In this document: positions 1 through 14,411 of the stretch, piece after piece
Layout of the letters: each line of letters opens with the position of its first letter
Numbering within the stretch: the stretch's first letter is position 1
DNA from: Bacteroidales bacterium
Lineage (GTDB): Bacteria; Bacteroidota; Bacteroidia; Bacteroidales; UBA932
Assembly (NCBI GenBank): GCA_963677675.1
Contig: OY782180.1
Location: forward strand, 712,084-776,083
Direction of reading: 5' to 3'
Length of the DNA stretch: 64,000 bases
Program-made: the position numbers and the translations under genes
Notes under the pieces: generated by a model
The model's database searches: none
Seen by the model: only the letters and a program-made list of their open reading frames with translations
What the model was told of the DNA's origin: nothing

Positions 1-1
1 G

Positions 2-691
2 GACAGCCCGGATGAAATTCCGGAACTCTATGACATGGTGATGAACGGAGGGTATGACCTGGTTTCGGGATGGAAGAAGAAGAGAAAGGATAATAAACTT
101 GCCAAAAACCTGCCGTCAAAAATATACAACGCCACTGCAAGAAGAGTTACAGGCATAAAGCTGCACGATATGAACTGCGGTCTTAAGGCATATAGAAAGG
201 CTGTTATAAAGAACATTGAGGTTTATGGAGAGATGCACAGGTATATTCCATATCTGGCAAAAAATGCAGGTTTCCGGAATATCGGGGAAAAAATAGTAAA
301 ACATCAGGCAAGAAAGTTTGGAAAAAGCAAGTTCGGTATGAACCGCTTTATTAATGGCTTTCTTGATTTAATTTCTCTCTGGTTCTTATCGAGGTTTGGA
401 AAAAAACCGATGCACTTTTTTGGGGCATTTGGCAGTTTTACATTCTTTATCGGTTTGGCCACTTCTGTTTATCTGATTATAGACAAAGTAGTTTCACAGG
501 CTCAGGGGCTTAAATTCCGGGCAGTTACGGACCAGCCGCTTTTTTATGTTTCACTTGTAGCACTCATAATTGGTATGCAGCTTTTCCTCGCAGGTTTCCT
601 GGGCGAACTCATATCAAGAAGCAGCAGTGAGAGAAACACATACAAAATAAAAGAGCGTCTTAATTCAGACGCTCCTTCTTCAATACAATAA
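2..691 (+). CDS. Glycosyltransferase family 2 (ArnC/polyprenol-phosphate glycosyltransferase-like), 5'-truncated by the window edge
   Basis: The frame stays open upstream of the listed ATG to base 2 (DSPDEIPELYDMV). Motifs SGWKKKRKD, LHDMNCGLKAYR, YGEMHRYIP; two C-terminal TM helices. Confidence 0.9.
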   Translation, partial: DSPDEIPELYDMVMNGGYDLVSGWKKKRKDNKLAKNLPSKIYNATARRVTGIKLHDMNCGLKAYRKAVIKNIEVYGEMHRYIPYLAKNAGFRNIGEKIVKHQARKFGKSKFGMNRFINGFLDLISLWFLSRFGKKPMHFFGAFGSFTFFIGLATSVYLIIDKVVSQAQGLKFRAVTDQPLFYVSLVALIIGMQLFLAGFLGELISRSSSERNTYKIKERLNSDAPSSIQ

Positions 692-706
692 CAGCCTTAC
701 CTATCG

Positions 707-1108
707 CTATTTTTGCGATTTAGCCGAACTGTTGTACTTTTCAACCATTTGATTGTAATCATCCTCGGTTATCATCCGGCATGTACCTGTAAACAGTGCA
801 CCGTCTTCTATAAATATTCTCTGACATTGAAGTGCCCCGTTAAAGTGTGCTTTGCTTTTAAAACCGGCCATGTTGCCTGTTACGAGATTGCCCTCCATTT
901 TCCCCCAGATATCGGCACTACCGCAAAAAAGGTCGCCAATAAACTGAGCATTCTCACCAATTACCACTTTGCCCTTGGATTGAATCTTACCTTCAAAGAA
1001 TCCGTCAATTCTAATATCGCTGACAGTAATAAGAGTTCCTCTCAGTTCGGTTCCGCCGGTTATTCTGTTAACCTCATTTATCTGCGGAACTACTTCGTTT
1101 TTAGCCAT
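707..1108 (-). CDS. Bactofilin / polymer-forming cytoskeletal protein (CcmA family)
   Basis: Beta-helix repeats (ITGGTELRGTL, IRIDGFFEGKI, GKVVIGENA, IFIEDGALFTG). Confidence 0.85.
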   Translation of the reverse strand: MAKNEVVPQINEVNRITGGTELRGTLITVSDIRIDGFFEGKIQSKGKVVIGENAQFIGDLFCGSADIWGKMEGNLVTGNMAGFKSKAHFNGALQCQRIFIEDGALFTGTCRMITEDDYNQMVEKYNSSAKSQK

Positions 1109-1118
1109 ATATTATAGA

Positions 1119-2507
1119 TTAAATATGAATTACCTCACCATGTGATGCCGCTGCAGCTTCCATTATTGCCTCGCTCATGGTTGGGTGAGGGTGAATTGAA
1201 TGCATCAGGTCGCTGGCTTTAACGCCCAAATTACGTGCCACAACAATACCGGAAACCATTTCTGTTACATTGGCTCCAATCATGTGCACACCAAGAACCT
1301 TATCCGTTTTGGCGTCAATTACCAGTTTTACAAAGCCATCCTTGTCGCCTGCCGCTGCTGCCTTGCCGGAAGCAGTAAAAGGGAATTTTCCGATTTTGTA
1401 TTCGATACCCTTCTCTTTGGCTGCCTTTTCTGTTATTCCTACAGATCCAATTTCCGGTGATGCATAAGTGCAACCGGGAATATTATCGTAGTTTATCGCC
1501 TCAGGATTCAATCCTGCTATTTTTTCCACACAGCATATACCTTCGGCCGATGCAACATGTGCAAGTGCAGGAGTTGCAATAACATCACCTATTGCATATA
1601 TCCCCTGGACATTTGTTGCATAGAAACTGTCGACCTTTATTTTCCCTCTCTGAACTTCAACCCCGGCCTCTTCAAGTCCGATATTCTCAATATTGGATAC
1701 AATTCCAACTGCGGAAAGAACCCTTTCTGCCTCAATTACCTCCTCGCCTTTCTTTGTCTGAACTGTAAGCTTGCAAATATCTCCCGAAGTATCCACGCTT
1801 TTTACCTGAGCAGAAACCAAAACCTTCATGCCCATTTTACGGAAAGAGCGGCTAAGCTGAGCTGAAACCTCTTCGTCTTCAAGCGGCACTATGTTGTCGA
1901 GATATTCAATAAGATATACCTCAACTCCAAGAGAACGGTAAAAATATGCAAACTCACTTCCAATTGCGCCGGACCCTATTACGGCAAGGCTCTTTGGAAG
2001 AGTTTCAGGAACAAGAGCCTGACGGTACGATATAATCTTCTTCCCGTCAACAGGTGCGAACGGCAATGAATTTGCTCTCGCTCCGGTTGCGATAATTATA
2101 TTTTTTGCTTCAACAATACTTTTGGTATTATCGGCAGCGGTTACCTCAACTTTACCCTTTTCCAGGATTTTCCCGGTTCCGCTTATAACTGTTATCTTAT
2201 TTTTTTTGAACAGATACTCTATACCGCGGCTCATATTTGCCGATACGCCCCTGCTTCTTTCAACAATTTTTGCAAGGTCTGGTTTTATCTCTCCATTTAT
2301 TTCAAATCCGTAATCGGCCGAATGTTGTGCATAGTGAAGTGCCTGTACACTTTTCAGCAGAGCCTTGGTAGGGATGCAACCCCAGTTAAGACAAATGCCT
2401 CCAAGTTCCGATCTTTCAATAACCGCAGTGTTCATCCCCAGCTGAGAAGCACGGATTGCCGCAACATAACCTCCGGGGCCGGATCCTACAACTACTAAAT
2501 CAAACAT
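1119..2507 (-). CDS. lpdA: Dihydrolipoyl dehydrogenase (E3)
   Basis: GSGPGGYVAA FAD motif, GGICLNWGCIPTK redox disulfide, HPHPTMSE C-terminal motif. Confidence 0.97.
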   Translation of the reverse strand: MFDLVVVGSGPGGYVAAIRASQLGMNTAVIERSELGGICLNWGCIPTKALLKSVQALHYAQHSADYGFEINGEIKPDLAKIVERSRGVSANMSRGIEYLFKKNKITVISGTGKILEKGKVEVTAADNTKSIVEAKNIIIATGARANSLPFAPVDGKKIISYRQALVPETLPKSLAVIGSGAIGSEFAYFYRSLGVEVYLIEYLDNIVPLEDEEVSAQLSRSFRKMGMKVLVSAQVKSVDTSGDICKLTVQTKKGEEVIEAERVLSAVGIVSNIENIGLEEAGVEVQRGKIKVDSFYATNVQGIYAIGDVIATPALAHVASAEGICCVEKIAGLNPEAINYDNIPGCTYASPEIGSVGITEKAAKEKGIEYKIGKFPFTASGKAAAAGDKDGFVKLVIDAKTDKVLGVHMIGANVTEMVSGIVVARNLGVKASDLMHSIHPHPTMSEAIMEAAAASHGEVIHI

Positions 2508-2530
2508 ATCTGAAAAAATTTTAATTTATA

Positions 2531-5500
2531 CTAACTATTAGCTCCGTGGCAGTTCTTGAATTTTTTACCGCTTCCGCACGGGCACGGATCATTTCTTCCT
2601 ACTCTCTTCTCTACATGAACAGGCGCCTGAGTCTTTGGTTCACCGGCCGACGTTGCAAGGTCCTGACGAGATGTGCGCATATTGCTCAAATCGGTCTTCT
2701 TCCTTTGCTCCTGACGGACGCTGATAGGCTCCTTCTGCGCTTCACGGAGCGGGATATGTGCCTTTAAAAGGAATGCAAGAACATCCCTGTTTACTCTTTC
2801 AAGCATTGTCTTGAACAACTGGAAACTTTCGAATTTATAAATAAGAAGCGGGTCCTTCTGTTCGTAAGTGGCATTCTGCACAGACTGCTTAAGGTCGTCC
2901 ATCTCTCTGAGATGTTCCTTCCAGTGTTCGTCTATGAGCATGAGTGTTATGTTCTTATTAAGAGCCCTTCCTAACTCCTTACCCTCTGTTTCGTATGCTC
3001 TTTTGAGGTTTACCACAACCTGCATAATTTTTGTTCCGTCGCTCACAGGAATGGCAATATTCTCATATGTCGCACTCTGAGTTTCATATATCTGCTTCAT
3101 GATGGGCCATGCCTGCTGAGTAAGGAAATCAATTCTCCTCCTGTAAACAGAATGCACATTACTCAGGAATTTTTCAAAGACCTCGTCCTGAGTAGCTTTA
3201 TTATATGTTTCCTCGTCCATACCGGGCTCAATCGAGAGCAGGCGGATGGTTTCGTATGAGAAGGTGTCATAATCGGCCGAACCGTGGTTTGCCGCAACAA
3301 GTGATTCACTATAGTCGTTAATCAGATTTTGCACATCCACATCAACCCTCTCGCCGTAAAGCGCATTTCTTCTTCTTGTATATATAACCTCGCGCTGAGA
3401 GTTCATTACGTCGTCGTACTCGAGCAGTCTCTTACGAATTCCAAAGTTGTTTTCTTCTACTTTGCGCTGAGCTCTTTCAATTGACTTCGACAGCATTGAG
3501 TGCTGAAGAACCTCTCCCTCTTTTAAACCCATTTTATCTACAAGACCGGCAATTCTCTCGGAACCGAAAAGCCTCATAAGATCGTCTTCGAGAGAAACAA
3601 AGAAACTTGAAGATCCGGGGTCTCCCTGACGACCGGCACGACCTCTGAGCTGACGGTCAACCCGTCTTGAATCGTGTCTTTCTGTACCAACAATTGCAAG
3701 ACCACCAGCTTCCTTTACACCGGGGCCGAGCTTGATGTCGGTACCACGACCGGCCATATTGGTTGCGATTGTTACAGCAGAAGGCTGACCTGCCTCCGCA
3801 ACAATTTCTGCCTCTCTTGCGTGTTGTTTTGCATTGAGGACGTTGTGCTTGATGTTTCTTATCTTTAACATCCTGCTCAGGAGTTCCGAAACCTCAACAG
3901 AAGTTGTACCCACTAGTACAGGACGGCCTTCCTTGGTAAGGCGGACAATTTCATCAATGACAGCATTATATTTCTCCCTCTTCGTTTTGAAGATGAAGTC
4001 CTCCATATCTTTCCTGTCTATAGGCCGGTTTGTGGGAATTACCACCACATCCAGTTTATAGATTGACCAGAACTCACCTGCTTCTGTTTCTGCAGTACCG
4101 GTCATACCGGCAAGCTTGTGATACATACGGAAATAGTTCTGGAGTGTAATTGTCGCAAACGTTTGTGTTGCGGCCTCAACCTTAACCATCTCCTTTGCCT
4201 CGATTGCCTGATGCAGGCCATCGGAATATCTTCTTCCTTCAAGTATACGGCCTGTCTGCTCGTCAACAATTTTAATCTTGTTGTCCATCACAACGTACTC
4301 AATGTCTTTTTCAAACATTGTGTATGCCTTTAGAAGCTGATTCACTGTATGAACCCTCTCGCTCTTTACTGCATAGTCGCTCAGCAGAGCATCCTTAGCA
4401 GCAATTTTCTCTTCCGGTTTGAGCTCTTTTTTCTCAAGTTCCGCTATTTCCATTCCAATATCCGGTAAAACGAAGAAGTTATTTTCGCTTACGCTTTTTG
4501 AAATGAGTTCATGTCCTTTATCTGTGAGCTCTACCGATTTCTGTTTTTCGTCGATAATGAAATAGAGGTCGTCGGTAACAATATGCATATGCTTATTGTT
4601 GTCCTGCATATAGTAATTCTCGGTTTTAACGAGAATCTGTTTCATTCCTGCCTCGCTCAGATATTTAATGAGCGGTGTGTATTTTGGCAAACCTTTGAAT
4701 GCGCGTAAAAGGATTTTACCTCCCTCATCTTCGTTGCCCTCGGATATCTTTTTCTTGGCATCGTTAAGGAGCTGGGTAACCAAATTCCTCTGAGCGTTAT
4801 ATATTCTCTCTACAAAAGGCTTGTACTCGTTAAACTCCTGGTCGTCCCCCCTTGGAACCGGACCGGAAATGATAAGCGGAGTTCTTGCATCGTCAATCAG
4901 TACCGAGTCAACCTCATCCACGATTGCATAGTGGTGCTTCCTTTGAACCAGGTCTTCCTGGTTAACGGCCATGTTGTCCCTGAGGTAGTCGAAACCAAAC
5001 TCATTATTTGTTCCGAATGTAACATCTGCCCTGTATGCTGTTTTTCTGGCTTCGGAATTGGGTTCGTGCTTGTCAATACAGTCTACTTTCAGTCCGTGGA
5101 ACTGATAAAGAGGTCCCATCCACTCCGAGTCACGTTTTGAGAGGTAATCGTTGACAGTAACAACATGTACTCCCTTTCCGGCAAGAGCATTCAAGAACAC
5201 AGGAAGAGTTGCAACCAGGGTTTTACCTTCACCGGTTGCCATCTCTGAAATTTTTCCCTGATGCAAAACAACACCTCCAAAAAGCTGTACATCGTAATGT
5301 ACCATATCCCATACAATTCTGTTTCCGCCGGCCATCCAGTTGTTTTGCCAGATTGCCTTGTCTCCTTCAATTGAAACAAAATCGTGTTTAGCGGCAAGGT
5401 CCCTGTCAAGTTCAGAAGCCGTAACCTCTATAACCTTATTCTCCTTGAAGCGGCGGGCTGTAGACTTCATAATTGCAAAAGCAGCAGGAAGCACTTCGAG

Positions 5501-5818
5501 AAGCACCTCTTCTATCTTTTCGTCAATTTTTTTGGAAAGTTTGTCTACTTCAGTTGCAAGTGCTTCTTTTTCCGAAACATCTATTTTTACATCTTCAAGT
5601 TTTGCGCGTATCTCTTTTTTCCTTGTCTCATCTTCCGAAATTCTTTCGGCGATAAGTCTTTTTAATTTATTGCTTTCCTCACGAAGCTCATCATTTGATA
5701 ATTTGTCGATTCCGGGGAAAACTTCCCTTATTTTATCTACAAAAGGCTGGATTTCTTTGAGGTCTCTATCTGCCTTGGTACCAAAAAACTTCTTAAGCAG
5801 GCTTGTAATTATTGCCAT
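2531..5818 (-). CDS. secA: Preprotein translocase subunit SecA
   Basis: [52 protein letters not shown]-terminal [13 protein letters not shown]. Confidence 0.99.
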   Translation of the reverse strand: MAIITSLLKKFFGTKADRDLKEIQPFVDKIREVFPGIDKLSNDELREESNKLKRLIAERISEDETRKKEIRAKLEDVKIDVSEKEALATEVDKLSKKIDEKIEEVLLEVLPAAFAIMKSTARRFKENKVIEVTASELDRDLAAKHDFVSIEGDKAIWQNNWMAGGNRIVWDMVHYDVQLFGGVVLHQGKISEMATGEGKTLVATLPVFLNALAGKGVHVVTVNDYLSKRDSEWMGPLYQFHGLKVDCIDKHEPNSEARKTAYRADVTFGTNNEFGFDYLRDNMAVNQEDLVQRKHHYAIVDEVDSVLIDDARTPLIISGPVPRGDDQEFNEYKPFVERIYNAQRNLVTQLLNDAKKKISEGNEDEGGKILLRAFKGLPKYTPLIKYLSEAGMKQILVKTENYYMQDNNKHMHIVTDDLYFIIDEKQKSVELTDKGHELISKSVSENNFFVLPDIGMEIAELEKKELKPEEKIAAKDALLSDYAVKSERVHTVNQLLKAYTMFEKDIEYVVMDNKIKIVDEQTGRILEGRRYSDGLHQAIEAKEMVKVEAATQTFATITLQNYFRMYHKLAGMTGTAETEAGEFWSIYKLDVVVIPTNRPIDRKDMEDFIFKTKREKYNAVIDEIVRLTKEGRPVLVGTTSVEVSELLSRMLKIRNIKHNVLNAKQHAREAEIVAEAGQPSAVTIATNMAGRGTDIKLGPGVKEAGGLAIVGTERHDSRRVDRQLRGRAGRQGDPGSSSFFVSLEDDLMRLFGSERIAGLVDKMGLKEGEVLQHSMLSKSIERAQRKVEENNFGIRKRLLEYDDVMNSQREVIYTRRRNALYGERVDVDVQNLINDYSESLVAANHGSADYDTFSYETIRLLSIEPGMDEETYNKATQDEVFEKFLSNVHSVYRRRIDFLTQQAWPIMKQIYETQSATYENIAIPVSDGTKIMQVVVNLKRAYETEGKELGRALNKNITLMLIDEHWKEHLREMDDLKQSVQNATYEQKDPLLIYKFESFQLFKTMLERVNRDVLAFLLKAHIPLREAQKEPISVRQEQRKKTDLSNMRTSRQDLATSAGEPKTQAPVHVEKRVGRNDPCPCGSGKKFKNCHGANS

Positions 5819-5915
5819 CTATCGTTTATTTATTAATTTCAACTGACTAATCTGCAAAGATAAAAAAATTGATATAAAGATTTACATTTGCATAGTAATT
5901 AAGCGTGATTGATTA

Positions 5916-6626
5916 ATGATTAAGAGAAATATTGTTACAAGTGAAGATGGATCAAAAACACTCAGACTTGAGGATTTTGACGAATCTTACCACTCTATGT
6001 TCGGAGCATTGTCGGAAAGCCGTCATATATACATCGGGTGTGGCTTTAATTATCTAATGGAACAGTTACCCCCGCAAAACAAAATCAGTATCATGGAAGT
6101 GGGCCTGGGCACAGGACTTAACTGCCTGCTCACGGTGCTTGATGTCAAAGGTCGCAAGGGAATTGAGGTCGATTATACTACTGTTGAAAAGTACCCTGTA
6201 ACAAAAGAGGAAGCTCTGGCGCTTGACCACCCATCTCTGTTTGAAAATAACAGGGAGGAGGCAGCCGGCCTCTCTATGGAAATTCATTCTTCACCGTGGG
6301 GGATAAAGACGAACATTATGCCTCATTTTTCTCTGCTCAAAGTTGAAGATGATTTAATTCGTTTTATCGACAAAGAGATTAATCCAAATGTGCAAAAATA
6401 TCAGTTCGATCTTATTTATTTTGATGCTTTTGCTCCTGATATTCAGCCGGAACTGTGGAGTGCAGATGTTTTCAGAAAGATTTTTGAAGTTACAAAACCG
6501 GGGGGAATTCTCGTTACCTACTCTTCTAAGGGAATAGTAAAAAGAGCATTAAGAGAGGCAGGTTATATTGTATCAAGACTTAAGGGGCCAAAAGGCAAAA
6601 GGCATGTCCTGCGGGCATTAAAAGAG

Positions 6627-6635
<9 letters not shown>
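5916..6635 (+). CDS. mnmD: tRNA (5-methylaminomethyl-2-thiouridine)(34)-methyltransferase, stand-alone MnmD (MnmC N-terminal domain)
   Basis: TSEDGSKTL...ESYHS, EVGLGTGLN SAM motif, YFDAFAP...QPELWS, GPKGKRH. Confidence 0.88.
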
Positions 6636-9882
<3,247 letters not shown>

Positions 9883-9885
9883 CAA

Positions 9886-10683
9886 ATGGGAAATTTTGCC
9901 GAAATCTACAACTGGCTGCTGATTATAATGTCGGTTGCCGGCCTTGCAGTGTTTATTGCACTCTTTTACATTGATGCCGGTTATGGAATTTTATACAACC
10001 GAAAATGGGGTGCTGCAATATCAAACAAACCGGGCTGGTTTATCATGGAGGTACCTGTTTTTATAGCAATGACAATCCTGTGGGCAGTATCCGGCCGGTC
10101 ATTTGAAGCTATTCCCCTCATTTTTTTAATTATTTTTCAGACACACTACATTCAGAGAGCCTTCATCTTTCCTTTTTTACTTGTTGGCAGCAGTAAAATG
10201 CCGGTGAGTATTGTTGCAATGGGGTTCACTTTTAATCTCATAAATTCCGTAATGCAGGGCGGATGGATTTTCTATTTCTCACCGGAAGGCTACTACGGAG
10301 AGGGATTGAGCTGGTTAAGTACGCCACAGTTCATTGCAGGTACTGCACTTTTTTTGTGCGGATTAACAATAAACCTTCACTCCGACTTCCTGATAAGGGA
10401 GGTGCGCAGGAATAATCAAAAACCCGGTAGTGCAGAGAAAAAACATTTCCTGCCGGGAAAGGGACTGTTCCGGTATGTAACTTCTGCCAATTATTTTGGA
10501 GAAATTGTAGAGTGGACCGGATTTGCAATTCTCACCTGGTCGTTACCCGGAGCAATTTTCGCATGGTGGACATTTGCAAACCTGGTACCCAGAGCGGCAT
10601 CTACATATAAAAAATACCGGGCAGAATATGGCCCGGTAATTCAGGATAAAAAACTCAAAAGAGTGTTCCCTTTTATTTATTAA
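9886..10683 (+). CDS. Steroid 5-alpha-reductase / DUF1295 family membrane oxidoreductase
   Basis: AGYG, GWFIMEVP, HYIQRAFIFP, NLHSD, GLFRYVTSANYFGEIVEWTG, NLVPRA motifs. Confidence 0.88.
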   Translation: MGNFAEIYNWLLIIMSVAGLAVFIALFYIDAGYGILYNRKWGAAISNKPGWFIMEVPVFIAMTILWAVSGRSFEAIPLIFLIIFQTHYIQRAFIFPFLLVGSSKMPVSIVAMGFTFNLINSVMQGGWIFYFSPEGYYGEGLSWLSTPQFIAGTALFLCGLTINLHSDFLIREVRRNNQKPGSAEKKHFLPGKGLFRYVTSANYFGEIVEWTGFAILTWSLPGAIFAWWTFANLVPRAASTYKKYRAEYGPVIQDKKLKRVFPFIY

Positions 10684-11144
10684 AAGTCAATAGGCCTTCC
10701 GATATATTCCGAGAAGCTTTTGGTTTTTGGCTCATAGTCACTTGCAAAAAGCGGCGACGAGATAATAAAATCGGCAGTAGAACGGTTTGTGGCTGTAGGA
10801 ATATTATAAAGGCTTGAAATTCTGAGCAAAGCCTTAACATCCACGTCATGAGGCTGTGGTTGCATAGGGTCCCACAAAAAGAACAAAACATCAACTTCTC
10901 CCTCGCAAATGAGTGCCCCAAGCTGCTGGTCCCCGCCAAGAGGTCCGGATTTAAGAAGTCTGATATCAAGTTTGGGTTCGCCCTTTGAACGGTTTTGCAT
11001 CAATGCTGCTTCCACCATCCTGCCGGTTGTTCCGGTACATATAAGTTTGTGTCTTTTTAGTGTTTCCTTGTTGAATTCAACCCACTCAATCAAATCTTTT
11101 TTTCTGTTGTCGTGCGCTACGAGTGCAATTGTTTTTGGTTTCAT
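10680..11144 (-). CDS. mgsA: Methylglyoxal synthase
   Basis: IALVAHDNRK, CTGTTG, SGPLGGDQQLGA, WDPMQPQPHDVDVKALLR; start at MKPKT. Confidence 0.96.
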   Translation of the reverse strand: MKPKTIALVAHDNRKKDLIEWVEFNKETLKRHKLICTGTTGRMVEAALMQNRSKGEPKLDIRLLKSGPLGGDQQLGALICEGEVDVLFFLWDPMQPQPHDVDVKALLRISSLYNIPTATNRSTADFIISSPLFASDYEPKTKSFSEYIGRPIDF

Positions 11145-11166
11145 ATGTGTTTTATTGTTTTTCTGA

Positions 11167-11649
11167 TTATTGTATACTGTCGGCCACTTTTTTAAGGGCA
11201 AATCCACTCAGGCGGTATACCGTCCATTCGCTCATTGGTACAGCACCCAGGCTCTTGTAGAATTTTATTGAAGGTTCGTTCCAGTCAAGTACCGACCAGT
11301 CAAAACGGTCACACTTTCTTTCAACAGCAATCTTTGCCAGCCTTGCAAAAATTTGTTTTCCGAATCCTTTACCCCTGTACTCCGGGTTAATGAATATATC
11401 TTCAAGATAAAGACATGCCCTGCCCTTAAAGGTGGAGAAGTTGTGGAAGTAAAGAGCAAACCCAACCGGCACAGAATCAAGCTCAGCAATGAGAACCTCT
11501 GCCTGTTTCTTTACAAAAAGAGAATCATGAAGAGTTTCAGGAGTGGCTGTTACATCACTCCTCAGTTTTTCATAATCGGCCAGTTCGCATATAAATTCAA
11601 AAATCTGCAGAACATCTTTCTCGTTCGCCTCTCTAATGATGAAAGCCAT
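11167..11649 (-). CDS. GNAT family N-acetyltransferase (diamine/SSAT-like)
   Basis: ELADYEK, FHNFSTF, LYLEDIFINPEYRGKGFG, VLDWNEPSIKFYKSLGA. Confidence 0.9.
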   Translation of the reverse strand: MAFIIREANEKDVLQIFEFICELADYEKLRSDVTATPETLHDSLFVKKQAEVLIAELDSVPVGFALYFHNFSTFKGRACLYLEDIFINPEYRGKGFGKQIFARLAKIAVERKCDRFDWSVLDWNEPSIKFYKSLGAVPMSEWTVYRLSGFALKKVADSIQ

Positions 11650-11782
11650 ATTTATCTTTTTTTAATATGTACAAAGTTATTAAAAAGAAGAAACCCTCAA
11701 ATGTATTTTTATATACAATCAAGGGTTCTATGATATCCGGCAAAATGTGCCGTGAAACTATGCGTGAGTTAAATCAATTATT

Positions 11783-11923
11783 TTAATAACCCTTCTCTTT
11801 TGAGGAAAGCACTTTTTGAGTTTCCAACTTATGCGAACCGTTTGAATCTGTCCAGCTAAGTACTGCCCAATAATAAAAAGTTGACTCCGGATATGCATTA
11901 ACCATATCACATTTGCTACCCAT
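11783..11923 (-). pseudogene. Short ORF or gene fragment (46 aa; frame open about 20 codons further upstream)
   Basis: Hand translation MGSKCDMVNAYPESTFYYWAVLSWTDSNGSHKLETQKVLSSKEKGY*; protein-like composition, no family recognised. Confidence 0.2.
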
Positions 11924-12214
11924 AATTGTAGAATTTTTATCCCAAAATATGCACGTCCCTAATTGCCCCCCCCTAAATAATTTTAATTAAATTAAGAGAG
12001 TACAGTGAGAAATAATATTTGCTTAAAAAAATAATAAATTTTAACTTTCGCGTATGTAACTTAAACTCTGTCAAGTGAAAAACAGGTTGGGATTCTTAAT
12101 AGAACAATATCCTACTCGATAAATTATAAATCCTTCCCGTTTTAATTGTGAATTTAAAATAGATATAATAATAAATACTTATTATACATCACATCAAATT
12201 TAAAAGAGATTAAA

Positions 12215-14089
12215 ATGTTAAACAGGTACTATCCAGCAGTTGATGATCCAATTTCAGCATGGAAAAATCACGTCAACAATCAAGCTAGTCTTGATGATAT
12301 TAAATTGACTTTAATAAAGCACCATTCTGAAAGCACAAAACAATCTCAAGAATTAAGGGAAACAATTAATGAAGCCAAAAGAGACTACCTTGATTCAATA
12401 AGCGAAATGTCTATAGACATTTCTAACTCAATCGATTATTGTTCTTCAAATATCTGTGGCTCTCTAGATCAGGGATTTGGTTTAATAGGTGATGATATTC
12501 AAGAATTAGGCCGAAGTTTAGATATAAGATTGTCTTTAATTATGGAGCAAGAGATAATTAATAATTTGCTTTCTGAGAATATAGCTCTTTTATTAAGAAT
12601 TCCTGAAATACAGAAAGAAAGACAATATTATCTCGAACAAGGTATTAAGCATCTTAAAAATGCATTTATTGAAAAAGATTTTTATGAAAACGCCTTAGAA
12701 AATCTTCTCGAAGCGGAAAAACGTGAAAAGACAGATTATATTTCTTTGCATCATATTGGAATGATATATTTGTATAGTAGCAAATATCTTGATTTGTCTA
12801 AAGCTGAAGACTACTTCAGAAGGGCAGGGAAATTTGCTAAAATCGAATCTGACCCAAATGCATTTAAGTTAGCTAACATCATGACTGGGAGCGTTCTAAC
12901 CAAGCTTGCAGATAATGTTTCAGATATTCATAAAATGCGTTATTTAGCTGCAGAATCATACTTGCAAGGAGCAATAGCTTGTTACATTCAAAAAAAATAC
13001 AATGAGGCTGCAGAATTGGGTCAAATAGCATTTGATCTTGCTCCTGAAATGCTTGAGGCCGGATTTTATGCCTGTCTTTCAAATGCTTTGGCTGGTAAAA
13101 ACGAGTCAACAATCAAATTATTAGGGACATTGGTAGACAGAAATTCTACCTATGCATTCATTGCGGGAACAGATCCAATATTAGCTACCAAAGATTACAT
13201 AAAGGACTGGCTAGCTGAATTGAAACAGAATACAATTAAAAGAGGACTAAGTATTGTAGAAAATATTAAGACTAATATAATAGAAAATAGCAAGTTTTAT
13301 TCTGATTTGAATGCTGCACAATCAAAGTTAAATGATGCTAATTATTTAGATGCTTTATCGATAATTTCTTATTTAAATTGTGAATTACCTATTAGTGAAG
13401 AAAAAGAGGTCTTTAACCACAATTTAGACAATATTGAATCTTTAAGAAAAGGGATTGTAATGCATAATAGAAATGTTTCGGTACTGAATAATAGTCCATT
13501 TTCTATTCACGATTTAGAAGTTATAGATGAAACAGAAATTACTAAATATGATTTTTTAAATTCTACAAATAAAATATGTGATCAATGGCTCCTTTCTGAA
13601 GAAATCTTTTTTTTATCTACAAATAAAATTATTAAAACAGTTCATAATAATTTGACAAAGTTATATCTTATCCAGTCAAATTTCAAAAAGGCAATGTCAG
13701 ATATTACGAAAAACAAAAATACATCTGCAGACGAAATGGAAAATAACAATACAGGTGTAATAGTAAGTAGTGTTGTTATTTATTGTATTGTATTTTTAAT
13801 TATTTCAAATAGTGATTTTGAAGATAAGTTTATTTTCCCCACTATTTGTCTTAGTGGGATTATTGGTGGTTTAATAATATATGCAATAATTAGGTTTAAA
13901 AAATTTAAAGCAAAAGAATACAGAAAAGAATCTATAGAAGAAATTGAACTAAATAATAGTGTAATATACTTAAATAAAAATATTAGTGATCTCGATCGGC
14001 TATTGACTATTCTTTCGAGGATAGAAATATTTCAATCTCCACCTCGTTACATACCATTCAATGTATACTTTGAACGTAATAATAAATAA
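12215..14089 (+). CDS. Hypothetical protein: helical N-terminus, TPR-like repeats, two C-terminal TM helices
   Basis: Long AT-rich ORF; TPR-like patterns (LHHIGMIYL...AEDYFRRA, YNEAAELGQIAFDLAPE); hydrophobic segments VIVSSVVIYCIVFLII and FIFPTICLSGIIGGLIIYAII. Confidence 0.7.
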   Translation: MLNRYYPAVDDPISAWKNHVNNQASLDDIKLTLIKHHSESTKQSQELRETINEAKRDYLDSISEMSIDISNSIDYCSSNICGSLDQGFGLIGDDIQELGRSLDIRLSLIMEQEIINNLLSENIALLLRIPEIQKERQYYLEQGIKHLKNAFIEKDFYENALENLLEAEKREKTDYISLHHIGMIYLYSSKYLDLSKAEDYFRRAGKFAKIESDPNAFKLANIMTGSVLTKLADNVSDIHKMRYLAAESYLQGAIACYIQKKYNEAAELGQIAFDLAPEMLEAGFYACLSNALAGKNESTIKLLGTLVDRNSTYAFIAGTDPILATKDYIKDWLAELKQNTIKRGLSIVENIKTNIIENSKFYSDLNAAQSKLNDANYLDALSIISYLNCELPISEEKEVFNHNLDNIESLRKGIVMHNRNVSVLNNSPFSIHDLEVIDETEITKYDFLNSTNKICDQWLLSEEIFFLSTNKIIKTVHNNLTKLYLIQSNFKKAMSDITKNKNTSADEMENNNTGVIVSSVVIYCIVFLIISNSDFEDKFIFPTICLSGIIGGLIIYAIIRFKKFKAKEYRKESIEEIELNNSVIYLNKNISDLDRLLTILSRIEIFQSPPRYIPFNVYFERNNK

Positions 14090-14411
14090 CGGCTACTAAC
14101 AAAATTTGAAAACATATTTTCGTTTAAGTAAAATTAGTGAGGACAACATACAATATCTATAGAGAATGTTTTGATTAGGGCAGATAATATACCAGATTCA
14201 ATAGCAAAGGAAAATATTTCTGGATAAGTAGAGTATCCTTAAATTTTAATACAACTATGAAAGCAACTATGGCACTTAAAAAACTGCTTTTCTTAGAGTT
14301 GATGCATTTCAAGAATATTTGTTAATTAATGCAAATTTGCAGCTAACAGAACAAGACAAAGCTGACATATAGCACATTACACATATTACAAGCGTAAAAT
14401 ATAATAAATCA

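Noticed and set aside
5340-5846. 168-aa plus-strand Ser-rich ORF and many similar 60-170 aa antisense ORFs
   Set aside because: They are antisense shadows of well-supported genes (here secA) with no independent signals.
11700-11780. Possible attL duplicate of the tRNA 3' end at the islet's left border
   Set aside because: No copy of the tRNA 3' sequence was found by eye; only a weak TGTGCCG resemblance to the arm repeats.
14085-14350. RYYTAAC-like words (CTACTAAC, GCTAAC) suggesting integron attC cassettes
   Set aside because: No paired complementary boxes or integrase seen; such words are expected in AT-rich DNA.
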